In this document: positions 1-10,600 of the stretch, one piece after another
How the letters are laid out: each line of letters starts with the position of its first letter
Position numbering within the stretch: the first letter of the stretch is position 1
Source: Eledone cirrhosa
Lineage: Eukaryota
DNA length: 64,000 nucleotides
Assembly (NCBI GenBank): GCA_964016885.1
Contig: OZ024744.1
Location: forward strand, 1,054,001 to 1,118,000
Reading direction: 5' to 3'
The notes under the pieces: generated by a model
Database searches by the model: none
Told to the model about the DNA's origin: nothing
What the model saw: only the letters and a program-made list of their open reading frames with translations
Position numbers and translations under genes: made by a program

Positions 1-1317
1 AGACAAGGTAGAGAAAGATAGCTTGGTGAAGAACGAAGTTTTGAGGGAAGACAAGGTAGAGAAAGATAGCTTGGTGAAGAACGAAGTTTTGAGGGAAGAC
101 AAGGTAGAGAAAGATAGCTTGATGAAGAACGAAGTTTTGAGGGAAGACAAGGTAGAGAAAGATAGCTTGGTGAAGAACGAAGTTTTGAGGGAAGACAAGG
201 TAGAGAAAGATAGCTTGATGAAGAACGAAGTTTTGAGGGAAGACAAGGTAGAGAAAGATAGCTTGATGAAGTACGAAGTTTTGGGGGAAGACAAGGTAGA
301 GAAAGATAGCTTGATGAAGTACGAAGTTTTGGGGGAAGACAAGGTAGAGAAAGATAGCTTGGTGAAGAACGACGTTTTGTGGGAAGACAATGTAGAGAAA
401 CATAGTTGGTGAAGAACGAAATTTTGAGGGAAGACAAGGTAGAGAAAGATAGCTTGGTGAAGAACGAAGTTTTGAGGGAAGACAAGGTAGAGAAAGATAG
501 CTTGATGAAGAACGAAGTTTTGAGGGAAGACAAGGTAGAGAAAGATAGCTTGGTGAAGAACGAAGTTTTGGGGGAAGACAAGGTAGAGAAATATAGCTCG
601 GTGAAGAACGAAGTTTTGAGGGAAGACAAGATAGAGAAAGATAGCTTGGTGAAGGACGAAGTTTTGGGGGAAGACAAGGTAGAGAAAGATAGCTTGATGA
701 AGAACGAAGTTTTGAGGGAAGACAAGGTAGAGAAAGATAGCTTGGTGAAGAACGAAGTTTTGAGGGAAGACAAGGTAGAGAAAGATAGCTTGGTGAAGAA
801 CGAAGTTTTGAGGGAAGACAAGGTAGAGAAAGATAGCTTGGTGAAGAACGAAGTTTTGAGGGAAAACAAGGTAGAGAAAGATAGCTTGATGAAGTACGAA
901 GTTTTGGGGGAAGACAAGGTAGAGAAAGATAGCTTGGTGAAGAACGAAGTTTTGAGGGAAGACAAGGTAGAGAAAGATAGCTTGATGAAGAACGAAGTTT
1001 TGAGGGAAGACAAGGTAGAGAAAGATAGCTTGGTGAAGAACGAAGTTTTGAGGGAAGACAAGGTAGAGAAGGATAGCTTGATGAAGAACGAAGTTTTGAG
1101 GGAAGACAAGGTAGAGAAAGATAGCTTGATGAAGTACGAAGTTTTGGGGGAAGACAAGGTAGAGAAAGATAGCTTGGTGAAGAACGAAGTTTTGAGGGAA
1201 GACAAGGTAGAGAAAGATAGCTTGGTGAAGAACGAAGTTTTGGGGGAAGACAAGGTAGAGAAAGATAGCTTGATGAAGTACGAAGTTTTGGGGGAAGACA
1301 AGGTAGAGAAAGATAGC

Positions 1318-1364
1318 TTGGTGAAGAACGACGTTTTGTGGGAAGACAAGGTAGAGAAACATAG
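1318..1364 (+). repeat. Representative 47-bp landmark monomer 'H' (TTGGTGAAGAACGACGTTTTGTGGGAAGACAAGGTAGAGAAACATAG); about 58 copies window-wide, ends each basic unit
   Basis: Four linked changes from consensus (GAA>GAC, AGG>TGG, GAT>CAT, terminal C deleted). It appears as the ...NDVLWEDKVEKHSW* ending in the ORF track from 412 to 63,286. Confidence 0.92.
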
Positions 1365-1700
1365 TTGGTGAAGAACGAAGTTTTGAGGGAAGACAAGGTA
1401 GAGAAAGATAGCTTGATGAAGAACGAAGTTTTGAGGGAAGACAAGGTAGAGAAAGATAGCTTGGTGAAGAACGAAGTTTTGAGGGAAGACAAGGTAGAGA
1501 AAGATAGCTTGATGAAGAACGAAGTTTTGAGGGAAGACAAGGTAGAGAAAGATAGCTTGATGAAGTACGAAGTTTTGGGGGAATACAAGGTAGAGAAAGA
1601 TAGCTTGGTGAAGAACGAAGTTTTGAGGGAAGACAAGGTAGAGAAAGATAGCTTGATGAAGAACGAAGTTTTGAGGGAAGACAAGGTAGAGAAAGATAGC

Positions 1701-1796
1701 TTGGTGAAGAACGAAGTTTTGAGGGAGGACAAAGTATAGAAAGATAGCTTGGTGAAGAACGAAGTTTTGGGTGAAGACAATGTAGAGAAAGATAGC
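1701..1796 (+). repeat. Representative landmark dimer 'TAG + N' (…GACAAAGTATAGAAAG… then …GAAGACAATGTA…), the mid-point of each basic unit
   Basis: The AAAGTATAG monomer is followed by the GACAATGTA monomer in nearly all occurrences; the ORF track shows ...REDKV* then MVKNEVLGEDNVE... throughout. Confidence 0.9.
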
Positions 1797-4700
1797 TTGA
1801 TGAAGAACGAAGTTTTGGGGGAAGACAAGGTAGAGAAAGATAGCTTGGTGAAGAACGAAGTTTTGAGGGAAGACAAGGTAGAGAAAGATAGCTTGGTGAA
1901 GAACGAAGTTTTGGGGGAAGACAAGGTAGAGAAAGATAGCTTGGTGAAGAACGAAGTTTTGAGGGAAGACAAGGTAGAGAAAGATAGCTTGGTGAAGAAC
2001 GAAGTTTTGGGGGAAGACAAGGTAGAGAAATATAGCTCGGTGAAGAACGAAGTTTTGAGGGAAGACAAGGTAGAGAAAGATAGCTTGGTGAAGGACGAAG
2101 TTTTGGGGGAAGTCAAGGTAGAGAAAGATAGCTTGGTGAAGAACGAAGTTTTGAGGGAAGACAAGGTAGAGAAAGATAGCTTGATGAAGAACGAAGTTTT
2201 GAGGGAAGACAAGGTAGAGAAAGATAGCTTGGTGAAGAACGAAGTTTTGGGGGAAGACAAGGTAGAGAAAGATAGCTTGGTGAAGAACGAAGTTTTGAGG
2301 GAAGACAAGGTAGAGAAAGATAGCTTGATGAAGTACGAAGTTTTGGGGGAAGACAAGGTAGAGAAAGATAGCTTGGTGAAGAACGAAGTTTTGAGGGAAG
2401 ACAAGGTAGAGAAAGATAGCTTGATGAAGAACGAAGTTTTGAGGGAAGACAAGGTAGAGAAAGATAGCTTGGTGAAGAACGAAGTTTTGAGGGAAGACAA
2501 GGTAGAGAAAGATAGCTTGATGAAGAACGAAGTTTTGAGGGAAGACAAGGTAGAGAAAGATAGCTTGATGAAGTACGAAGTTTTGGGGGAAGACAAGGTA
2601 GAGAAAGATAGCTTGGTGAAGAACGAAGTTTTGAGGGAAGACAAGGTAGAGAAAGATAGCTTGATGAAGAACGAAGTTTTGAGGGAAGACAAGGTAGAGA
2701 AAGATAGCTTGGTGAAGAACGAAATTTTGAGGGAGGACAAAGTATAGAAAGATAGCTTGGTGAAGAACGAAGTTTTGGGTGAAGACAATGTAGAGAAAGA
2801 TAGCTTGATGAAGAACGAAGTTTTGGGGGAAGACAAGGTAGAGAAAGATAGCTTGGTGAAGAACGAAGTTTTGAGGGAAGACAAGGTAGAGAAAGATAGC
2901 TTGGTGAAGAACGAAGTTTTGGGGGAAGACAAGGTAGAGAAAGATAGCTTGGTGAAGAACGAAGTTTTGAGGGAAGACAAGGTAGAGAAAGATAGCTTGG
3001 TGAAGAACGAAGTTTTGGGGGAAGACAAGGTAGAGAAAGATAGCTTGATGAAGTACGAAGTTTTGGGGGAAGACAAGGTAGAGAAAGATAGCTTGGTGAA
3101 GAACGACGTTTTGTGGGAAGACAAGGTAGAGAAACATAGTTGGTGAAGAACGAAGTTTTGAGGGAAGACAAGGTAGAGAAAGATAGCTTGATGAAGAACG
3201 AAGTTTTGAGGGAAGACAAGGTAGAGAAAGATAGCTTGATGAAGTACGAAGTTTTGGGGGAAGACAAGGTAGAGAAAGATAGCTTGGTGAAGAACGAAGT
3301 TTTGAGGGAAGACAAGGTAGAGAAAGATAGCTTGATGAAGAACGATGTTTTGAGGGAAGACAAGGTAGAGAAAGATAGCTTGGTGAAGAACGAAGTTTTG
3401 AGGGAGGACAAAGTATAGAAAGATAGCTTGGTGAAGAACGAAGTTTTGGGTGAAGACAATGTAGAGAAAGATAGCTTGATGAAGAACGAAGTTTTGGGGG
3501 AAGACAAGGTAGAGAAAGATAGCTTGGTGAAGAACGAAGTTTTGAGGGAAGACAAGGTAGAGAAAGATAGCTTGGTGAAGAACGACGTTTTGAGGGAAGA
3601 CAAGGTAGAGAAAGATAGCTTGGTGAAGAATGACGTTTTGAGGGAAGACAAGGTAGAGAAAGATAGCTTGGTGAAGAACGAAGTTTTGGGGGAAGACAAG
3701 GTAGAGAAAGATAGCTTGATGAAGTACGAAGTTTTGGGGGAAGACAAGGTAGAGAAAGATAGCTTGGTGAAGAACGACGTTTTGTGGGAAGACAAGGTAG
3801 AGAAACATAGTTGGTGAAGAACGAAATTTTGAGGGAAGACAAGGTAGAGAAAGATAGCTTGGTGAAGATCGAAGTTTTGAGGGAAGACAAGGTAGAGAAA
3901 GATAGCTTGATGAAGAACGAAGTTTTGAGGGAAGACAAGGTAGAGAAAGATAGCTTGGTGAAGAACGAAGTTTTGGGGGAAGACAAGGTAGAGAAATATA
4001 GCTAGGTGAAGAACGAAGTTTTGTGGGAAGACAAGGTAGAGAAAGATAGCTTGGTGAAGGACGAAGTTTTGGGGGAAGTCAAGGTAGAGAAAGATAGCTT
4101 GGTGAAGAACGAAGTTTTGAGGGAAGACAAGGTAGAGAAAGATAGCTTGATGAAGAACGAAGTTTTGAGGGAAGACAAGGTAGAGAAAGATAGCTTGGTG
4201 AAGAACGAAGTTTTGGGGGAAGACAAGGTAGAGAAAGATAGCTTGGTGAAGAACGAAGTTTTGAGGGAAGACAAGGTAGAGAAAGATAGCTTGATGAAGT
4301 ACGAAGTTTTGGGGGAAGACAAGGTAGAGAAAGATAGCTTGGTGAAGAACGAAGTTTTGAGGGAAGACAAGGTAGAGAAAGATAGCTTGATGAAGAACGA
4401 AGTTTTGAGGGAAGACAAGGTAGAGAAAGATAGCTTGGTGAAGAACGAAGTTTTGAGGGAAGACAAGGTAGAGAAAGATAGCTTGATGAAGAACGAAGTT
4501 TTGAGGGAGGACAAGGTAGAGAAAGATAGCTTGATGAAGTACGAAGTTTTGGGGGAAGACAAGGTAGAGAAAGATAGCTTGGTGAAGAACGAAGTTTTGA
4601 GGGAAGACAAGGTAGAGAAAGATAGCTTGATGAAGAACGAAGTTTTGAGGGAAGACAAGGTAGAGAAAGATAGCTTGGTGAAGAACGAAATTTTGAGGGA

Positions 4701-6927
4701 GGACAAAGTATAGAAAGATAGCTTGGTGAAGAACGAAGTTTTGGGTGAAGACAATGTAGAGAAAGATAGCTTGATGAAGAACGAAGTTTTGGGGGAAGAC
4801 AAGGTAGAGAAAGATAGCTTGGTGAAGAACGAAGTTTTGAGGGAAGACAAGGTAGAGAAAGATAGCTTGGTGAAGAACGAAGTTTTGGGGGAAGACAAGG
4901 TAGAGAAAGATAGCTTGGTGAAGAACGAAGTTTTGAGGGAAGACAAGGTAGAGAAAGATAGCTTGGTGAAGAACGAAGTTTTGGGGGAAGACAAGGTAGA
5001 GAAAGATAGCTTGATGAAGTACGAAGTTTTGGGGGAAGACAAGGTAGAGAAAGATAGCTTGGTGAAGAACGACGTTTTGTGGGAAGACAGGGTAGAGAAA
5101 CATAGTTGGTGAAGAACGAAGTTTTGAGGGAAGACAAGGTAGAGAAAGATAGCTTGATGAAGAACGAAGTTTTGAGGGAAGACAAGGTAGAGAAAGATAG
5201 CTTGATGAAGTACGAAGTTTTGGGGGAAGACAAGGTAGAGAAAGATAGCTTGGTGAAGAACGAAGTTTTGAGGGAAGACAAGGTAGAGAAAGATAGCTTG
5301 ATGAAGAACGAAGTTTTGAGGGAAGACAAGGTAGAGAAAGATAGCTTGGTGAAGAACGAAGTTTTGAGGGAGGACAAAGTATAGAAAGATAGCTTGGTGA
5401 AGAACGAAGTTTTGGGTGAAGACAATGTAGAGAAAGATAGCTTGATGAAGAACGAAGTTTTGGGGGAAGACAAGGTAGAGAAAGATAGCTTGGTGAAGAA
5501 CGAAGTTTTGAGGGAAGACAAGGTAGAGAAAGATAGCTTGGTGAAGAACGAAGTTTTGGGGGAAGACAAGGTAGAGAAAGATAGCTTGGTGAAGAACGAA
5601 GTTTTGAGGGAAGACAAGGTAGAGAAAGATAGCTTGGTGAAGAACGAAGTTTTGGGGGAAGACAAGATAGAGAAAGATAGCTTGGTGAAGAACGAAGTTT
5701 TGAGGGAAGACAAGGTAGAGAAAGATAGTTGGTGAAGAACGAAGTTTTGAGGGAAGACAAGGTAGAGAAAGATAGCTTGGTGAAGAACGACGTTTTGAGG
5801 GAAGACAAGGTAGAGAAAGATAGCTTGGTGAAGAACGACGTTTTGAGGGAAGACAAGGTAGAGAAAGATAGCTTGGTGAAGAACGAAGTTTTGGGGGAAG
5901 ACAAGGTAGAGAAAGATAGCTTGATGAAGTACGAAGTTTTGGGGGAAGACAAGGTAGAGAAAGATAGCTTGGTGAAGAACGACGTTTTGTGGGAAGACAA
6001 GGTAGAGAAACATAGTTGGTGAAGAACGAAATTTTGAGGGAAGACAAGGTAGAGAAAGATAGCTTGGTGAAGAACGAAGTTTTGAGGGAAGACAAGGTAG
6101 AGAAAGATAGCTTGATGAAGAACGAAGTTTTGAGGGAAGACAAGGTAGAGAAAGATAGCTTGGTGAAGAACGAAGTTTTGGGGGAAGACAAGGTAGAGAA
6201 ATATAGCTCGGTGAAGAACGAAGTTTTGAGGGAAGACAAGGTAGAGAAAGATAGCTTGGTGAAGGACGAAGTTTTGGGGGAAGTCAAGGTAGAGAAAGAT
6301 AGCTTGGTGAAGAACGAAGTTTTGAGGGAAGACAAGGTAGAGAAAGATAGCTTGATGAAGAACGAAGTTTTGAGGGAAGACAAGGTAGAGAAAGATAGCT
6401 TGGTGAAGAACGAAGTTTTGGGGGAAGACAAGGTAGAGAAAGATAGCTTGGTGAAGAACGAAGTTTTGAGGGAAGACAAGGTAGAGAAAGATAGCTTGAT
6501 GAAGTACGAAGTTTTGGGGGAAGACAAGGTAGAGAAAGATAGCTTGGTGAAGAACGAAGTTTTGAGGGAAGACAAGGTAGAGAAAGATAGCTTGATGAAG
6601 AACGAAGTTTTGAGGGAAGACAAGGTAGAGAAAGATAGCTTGGTGAAGAACGAAGTTTTGAGGGAAGACAAGGTAGAGAAAGATAGCTTGATGAAGAACG
6701 AAGTTTTGAGGGAAGACAAGGTAGAGAAAGATAGCTTGATGAAGTACGAAGTTTTGGGGGAAGACAAGGTAGAGAAAGATAGCTTGGTGAAGAACGAAGT
6801 TTTGAGGGAAGACAAGGTAGAGAAAGATAGCTTGATGAAGAACGAAGTTTTGAGGGAAGACAAGGTAGAGAAAGATAGCTTGGTGAAGAACGAAATTTTG
6901 AGGGAGGACAAAGTATAGAAAGATAGC

Positions 6928-9900
6928 TTGGTGAAGAACGAAGTTTTGGGTGAAGACAATGTAGAGAAAGATAGCTTGATGAAGAACGAAGTTTTGGGGG
7001 AAGACAAGGTAGAGAAAGATAGCTTGGTGAAGAACGAAGTTTTGAGGGAAGACAAGGTAGAGAAAGATAGCTTGGTGAAGAACGAAGTTTTGGGGGAAGA
7101 CAAGGTAGAGAAAGATAGCTTGGTGAAGAACGAAGTTTTGAGGGAAGACAAGGTAGAGAAAGATAGCTTGGTGAAGAACGAAGTTTTGGGGGAAGACAAG
7201 GTAGAGAAAGATAGCTTGATGAAGTACGAAGTTTTGGGGGAAGACAAGGTAGAGAAAGATAGCTTGGTGAAGAACGACGTTTTGTGGGAAGACAAGGTAG
7301 AGAAACATAGTTGGTGAAGAACGAAGTTTTGAGGGAAGACAAGGTAGAGAAAGATAGCTTGATGAAGAACGAAGTTTTGAGGGAAGACAAGGTAGAGAAA
7401 GATAGCTTGGTGAAGAACGAAGTTTTGAGGGAAGACAAGGTAGAGAAAGATAGCTTGATGAAGAACGAAGTTTTGAGGGAAGACAAGGTAGAGAAAGATA
7501 GCTTGATGAAGTACGAAGTTTTGGGGGAAGACAAGGTAGAGAAAGATAGCTTGGTGAAGAACGAAGTTTTGAGGGAAGACAAGGTAGAGAAAGATAGCTT
7601 GATGAAGAACGAAGTTTTGAGGGAAGACAAGGTAGAGAAAGATAGCTTGGTGAAGAACGAAGTTTTGAGGGAGGACAAAGTATAGAAAGATAGCTTGGTG
7701 AAGAACGAAGTTTTGGGTGAAGACAATGTAGAGAAAGATAGCTTGATGAAGAACGAAGTTTTGGGGGAAGACAAGGTAGAGAAAGATAGCTTGGTGAAGA
7801 ACGAAGTTTTGAGGGAAGACAAGGTAGAGAAAGATAGCTTGGTGAAGAACGAAGTTTTGGGGGAAGACAAGGTAGAGAAAGATAGCTTGGTGAAGAACGA
7901 AGTTTTGAGGGAAGACAAGGTAGAGAAAGATAGCTTGGTGAAGAACGAAGTTTTGGGGGAAGACAAGGTAGAGAAAGATAGCTTGGTGAAGAACGAAGTT
8001 TTGGGGGAGGACAAGGTAGAGAAATATAGCTTGATGAAGAACGAAGTTTTGGGGGAAGACAAGGTAGAGAAAGATAGCTTGGTGAAGAACGACGTTTTGT
8101 GGGAAGACAAGGTAGAGAAACATAGTTGGTGAAGAACGAAATTTTGAGGGAAGACAAGGTAGAGAAAGATAGCTTGGTGAAGAACGAAGTTTTGAGGGAA
8201 GACAAGGTAGAGAAAGATAGCTTGATGAAGAACGAAGTTTTGAGGGAGGACAAGGTAGAGAAAGATAGCTTGGTGAAGAACGAAGTTTTGGGGGAAGACA
8301 AGGTAGAGAAATATAGCTCGGTGAAGAACGAAGTTTTGAGGGAAGACAAGGTAGAGAAAGATAGCTTGGTGAAGGACGAAGTTTTGGGGGAAGTCAAGGT
8401 AGAGAAAGATAGCTTGGTGAAGAACGAAGTTTTGAGGGAAGACAAGGTAGAGAAAGATAGCTTGATGAAGAACGAAGTTTTGAGGGAAGACAAGGTAGAG
8501 AAAGATAGCTTGGTGAAGAACGAAGTTTTGGGGGAAGACAAGGTAGAGAAAGATATCTTGGTGAAGAACGAAGTTTTGAGGGAAGACAAGGTAGAGAAAG
8601 ATAGCTTGATGAAGTACGAAGTTTTGGGGGAAGACAAGGTAGAGAAAGATAGCTTGGTGAAGAACGAAGTTTTGAGGGAAGACAAGGTAGAGAAAGATAG
8701 CTTGATGAAGAACGAAGTTTTGAGGGAAGACAAGGTAGAGAAAGATAGCTTGGTGAAGAACGAAGTTTTGAGGGAAGACAAGGTAGAGAAAGATAGCTTG
8801 ATGAAGAACGAAGTTTTGAGGGAAGACAAGGTAGAGAAAGATAGCTTGGTGAAGAACGAAATTTTGAGGGAGGACAAAGTATAGAAAGATAGCTTGGTGA
8901 AGAACGAAGTTTTGGGTGAAGACAATGTAGAGAAAGATAGCTTGATGAAGAACGAAGTTTTGGGGGAAGACAAGGTAGAGAAAGATAGCTTGGTGAAGAA
9001 CGAAGTTTTGAGGGAAGACAAGGTAGAGAAAGATAGCTTGGTGAAGAACGAAGTTTTGGGGGAAGACAAGGTAGAGAAAGATAGCTTGGTGAAGAACGAA
9101 GTTTTGAGGGAAGACAAGGTAGAGAAAGATAGCTTGGTGAAGAACGAAGTTTTGGGGGAAGACAAGGTAGAGAAAGATAGCTTGATGAAGTACGAAGTTT
9201 TGGGGGAAGACAAGGTAGAGAAAGATAGCTTGGTGAAGAACGACGTTTTGTGGGAAGACAAGGTAGAGAAACATAGTTGGTGAAGAACGAAGTTTTGAGG
9301 GAAGACAAGGTAGAGAAAGATAGCTTGATGAAGAACGAAGTTTTGAGGGAAGACAAGGTAGAGAAAGATAGCTTGGTGAAGAACGAAGTTTTGAGGGAAG
9401 ACAAGGTAGAGAAAGATAGCTTGATGAAGAACGAAGTTTTGAGGGAAGACAAGGTAGAGAAAGATATCTTGATGAAGTACGAAGTTTTGGGGGAAGACAA
9501 GGTAGAGAAAGATAGCTTGGTGAAGAACGAAGTTTTGAGGGAAGACAAGGTAGAGAAAGATAGCTTGATGAAGAACGAAGTTTTGAGGGAAGACAAGGTA
9601 GAGAAAGATAGCTTGGTGAAGAACGAAGTTTTGAGGGAGGACAAAGTATAGAAAGATAGCTTGGTGAAGAACGAAGTTTTGGGTGAAGACAATGTAGAGA
9701 AAGATAGCTTGATGAAGAACGAAGTTTTGGGGGAAGACAAGGTAGAGAAAGATAGCTTGGTGAAGAACGAAGTTTTGAGGGAAGACAAGGTAGAGAAAGA
9801 TAGCTTGGTGAAGAACGAAGTTTTGGGGGAAGACAAGGTAGAGAAAGATAGCTTGGTGAAGAACGAAGTTTTGAGGGAAGACAAGGTAGAGAAAGATAGC

Positions 9901-10600
9901 TTGGTGAAGAACGAAGTTTTGGGGGAAGACAAGGTAGAGAAAGATAGCTTGGTGAAGAACGAAGTTTTGGGGGAGGACAAGGTAGAGAAATATAGCTTGA
10001 TGAAGAACGAAGTTTTGGGGGAAGACAAGGTAGAGAAAGATAGCTTGGTGAAGAACGACGTTTTGTGGGAAGACAAGGTAGAGAAACATAGTTGGTGAAG
10101 AACGAAATTTTGAGGGAAGACAAGGTAGAGAAAGATAGCTTGGTGAAGAACGAAGTTTTGAGGGAAGACAAGGTAGAGAAAGATAGCTTGATGAAGAACG
10201 AAGTTTTGAGGGAGGACAAGGTAGAGAAAGATAGCTTGGTGAAGAACGAAGTTTTGGGGGAAGACAAGGTAGAGAAATATAGCTCGGTGAAGAACGAAGT
10301 TTTGAGGGAAGACAAGGTAGAGAAAGATAGCTTGGTGAAGGACGAAGTTTTGGGGGAAGTCAAGGTAGAGAAAGATAGCTTGGTGAAGAACGAAGTTTTG
10401 AGGGAAGACAAGGTAGAGAAAGATAGCTTGATGAAGAACGAAGTTTTGAGGGAAGACAAGGTAGAGAAAGATAGCTTGGTGAAGAACGAAGTTTTGGGGG
10501 AAGACAAGGTAGAGAAAGATATCTTGGTGAAGAACGAAGTTTTGAGGGAAGACAAGGTAGAGAAAGATAGCTTGATGAAGTACGAAGTTTTGGGGGAAGA
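6928..10600 (+). repeat. Recent tandem duplication, period 1,966 bp (41 monomers)
   Basis: 6928>8894, 7311>9277, 7695>9661 and 8126>10092 are all 1,966. Shared rare variants: GGGGAGGAC…AAATAT (about 8,009/9,975), GAGGAC (about 8,248/10,214), GATATC (8,552/10,518). Confidence 0.85.

Noticed and set aside
22-38. CENP-B-box-like motif on the minus strand (CTTCGTTCTTCACCAAG vs CTTCGTTGGAAACGGGA)
   Set aside because: Only the 5' CTTCGTT and one C agree at the key positions; the essential A and GGG of the box are missing.
406-412. Stop/start overlap (TTGGTGA) after each 47-bp monomer, resembling translational coupling or programmed frameshifting in a giant operon
   Set aside because: Any 1-bp deletion shifts into the frame where the next monomer's TGG TGA is a stop, so the overlap is automatic. 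There is no well-spaced Shine-Dalgarno, slippery heptamer or stimulatory structure.
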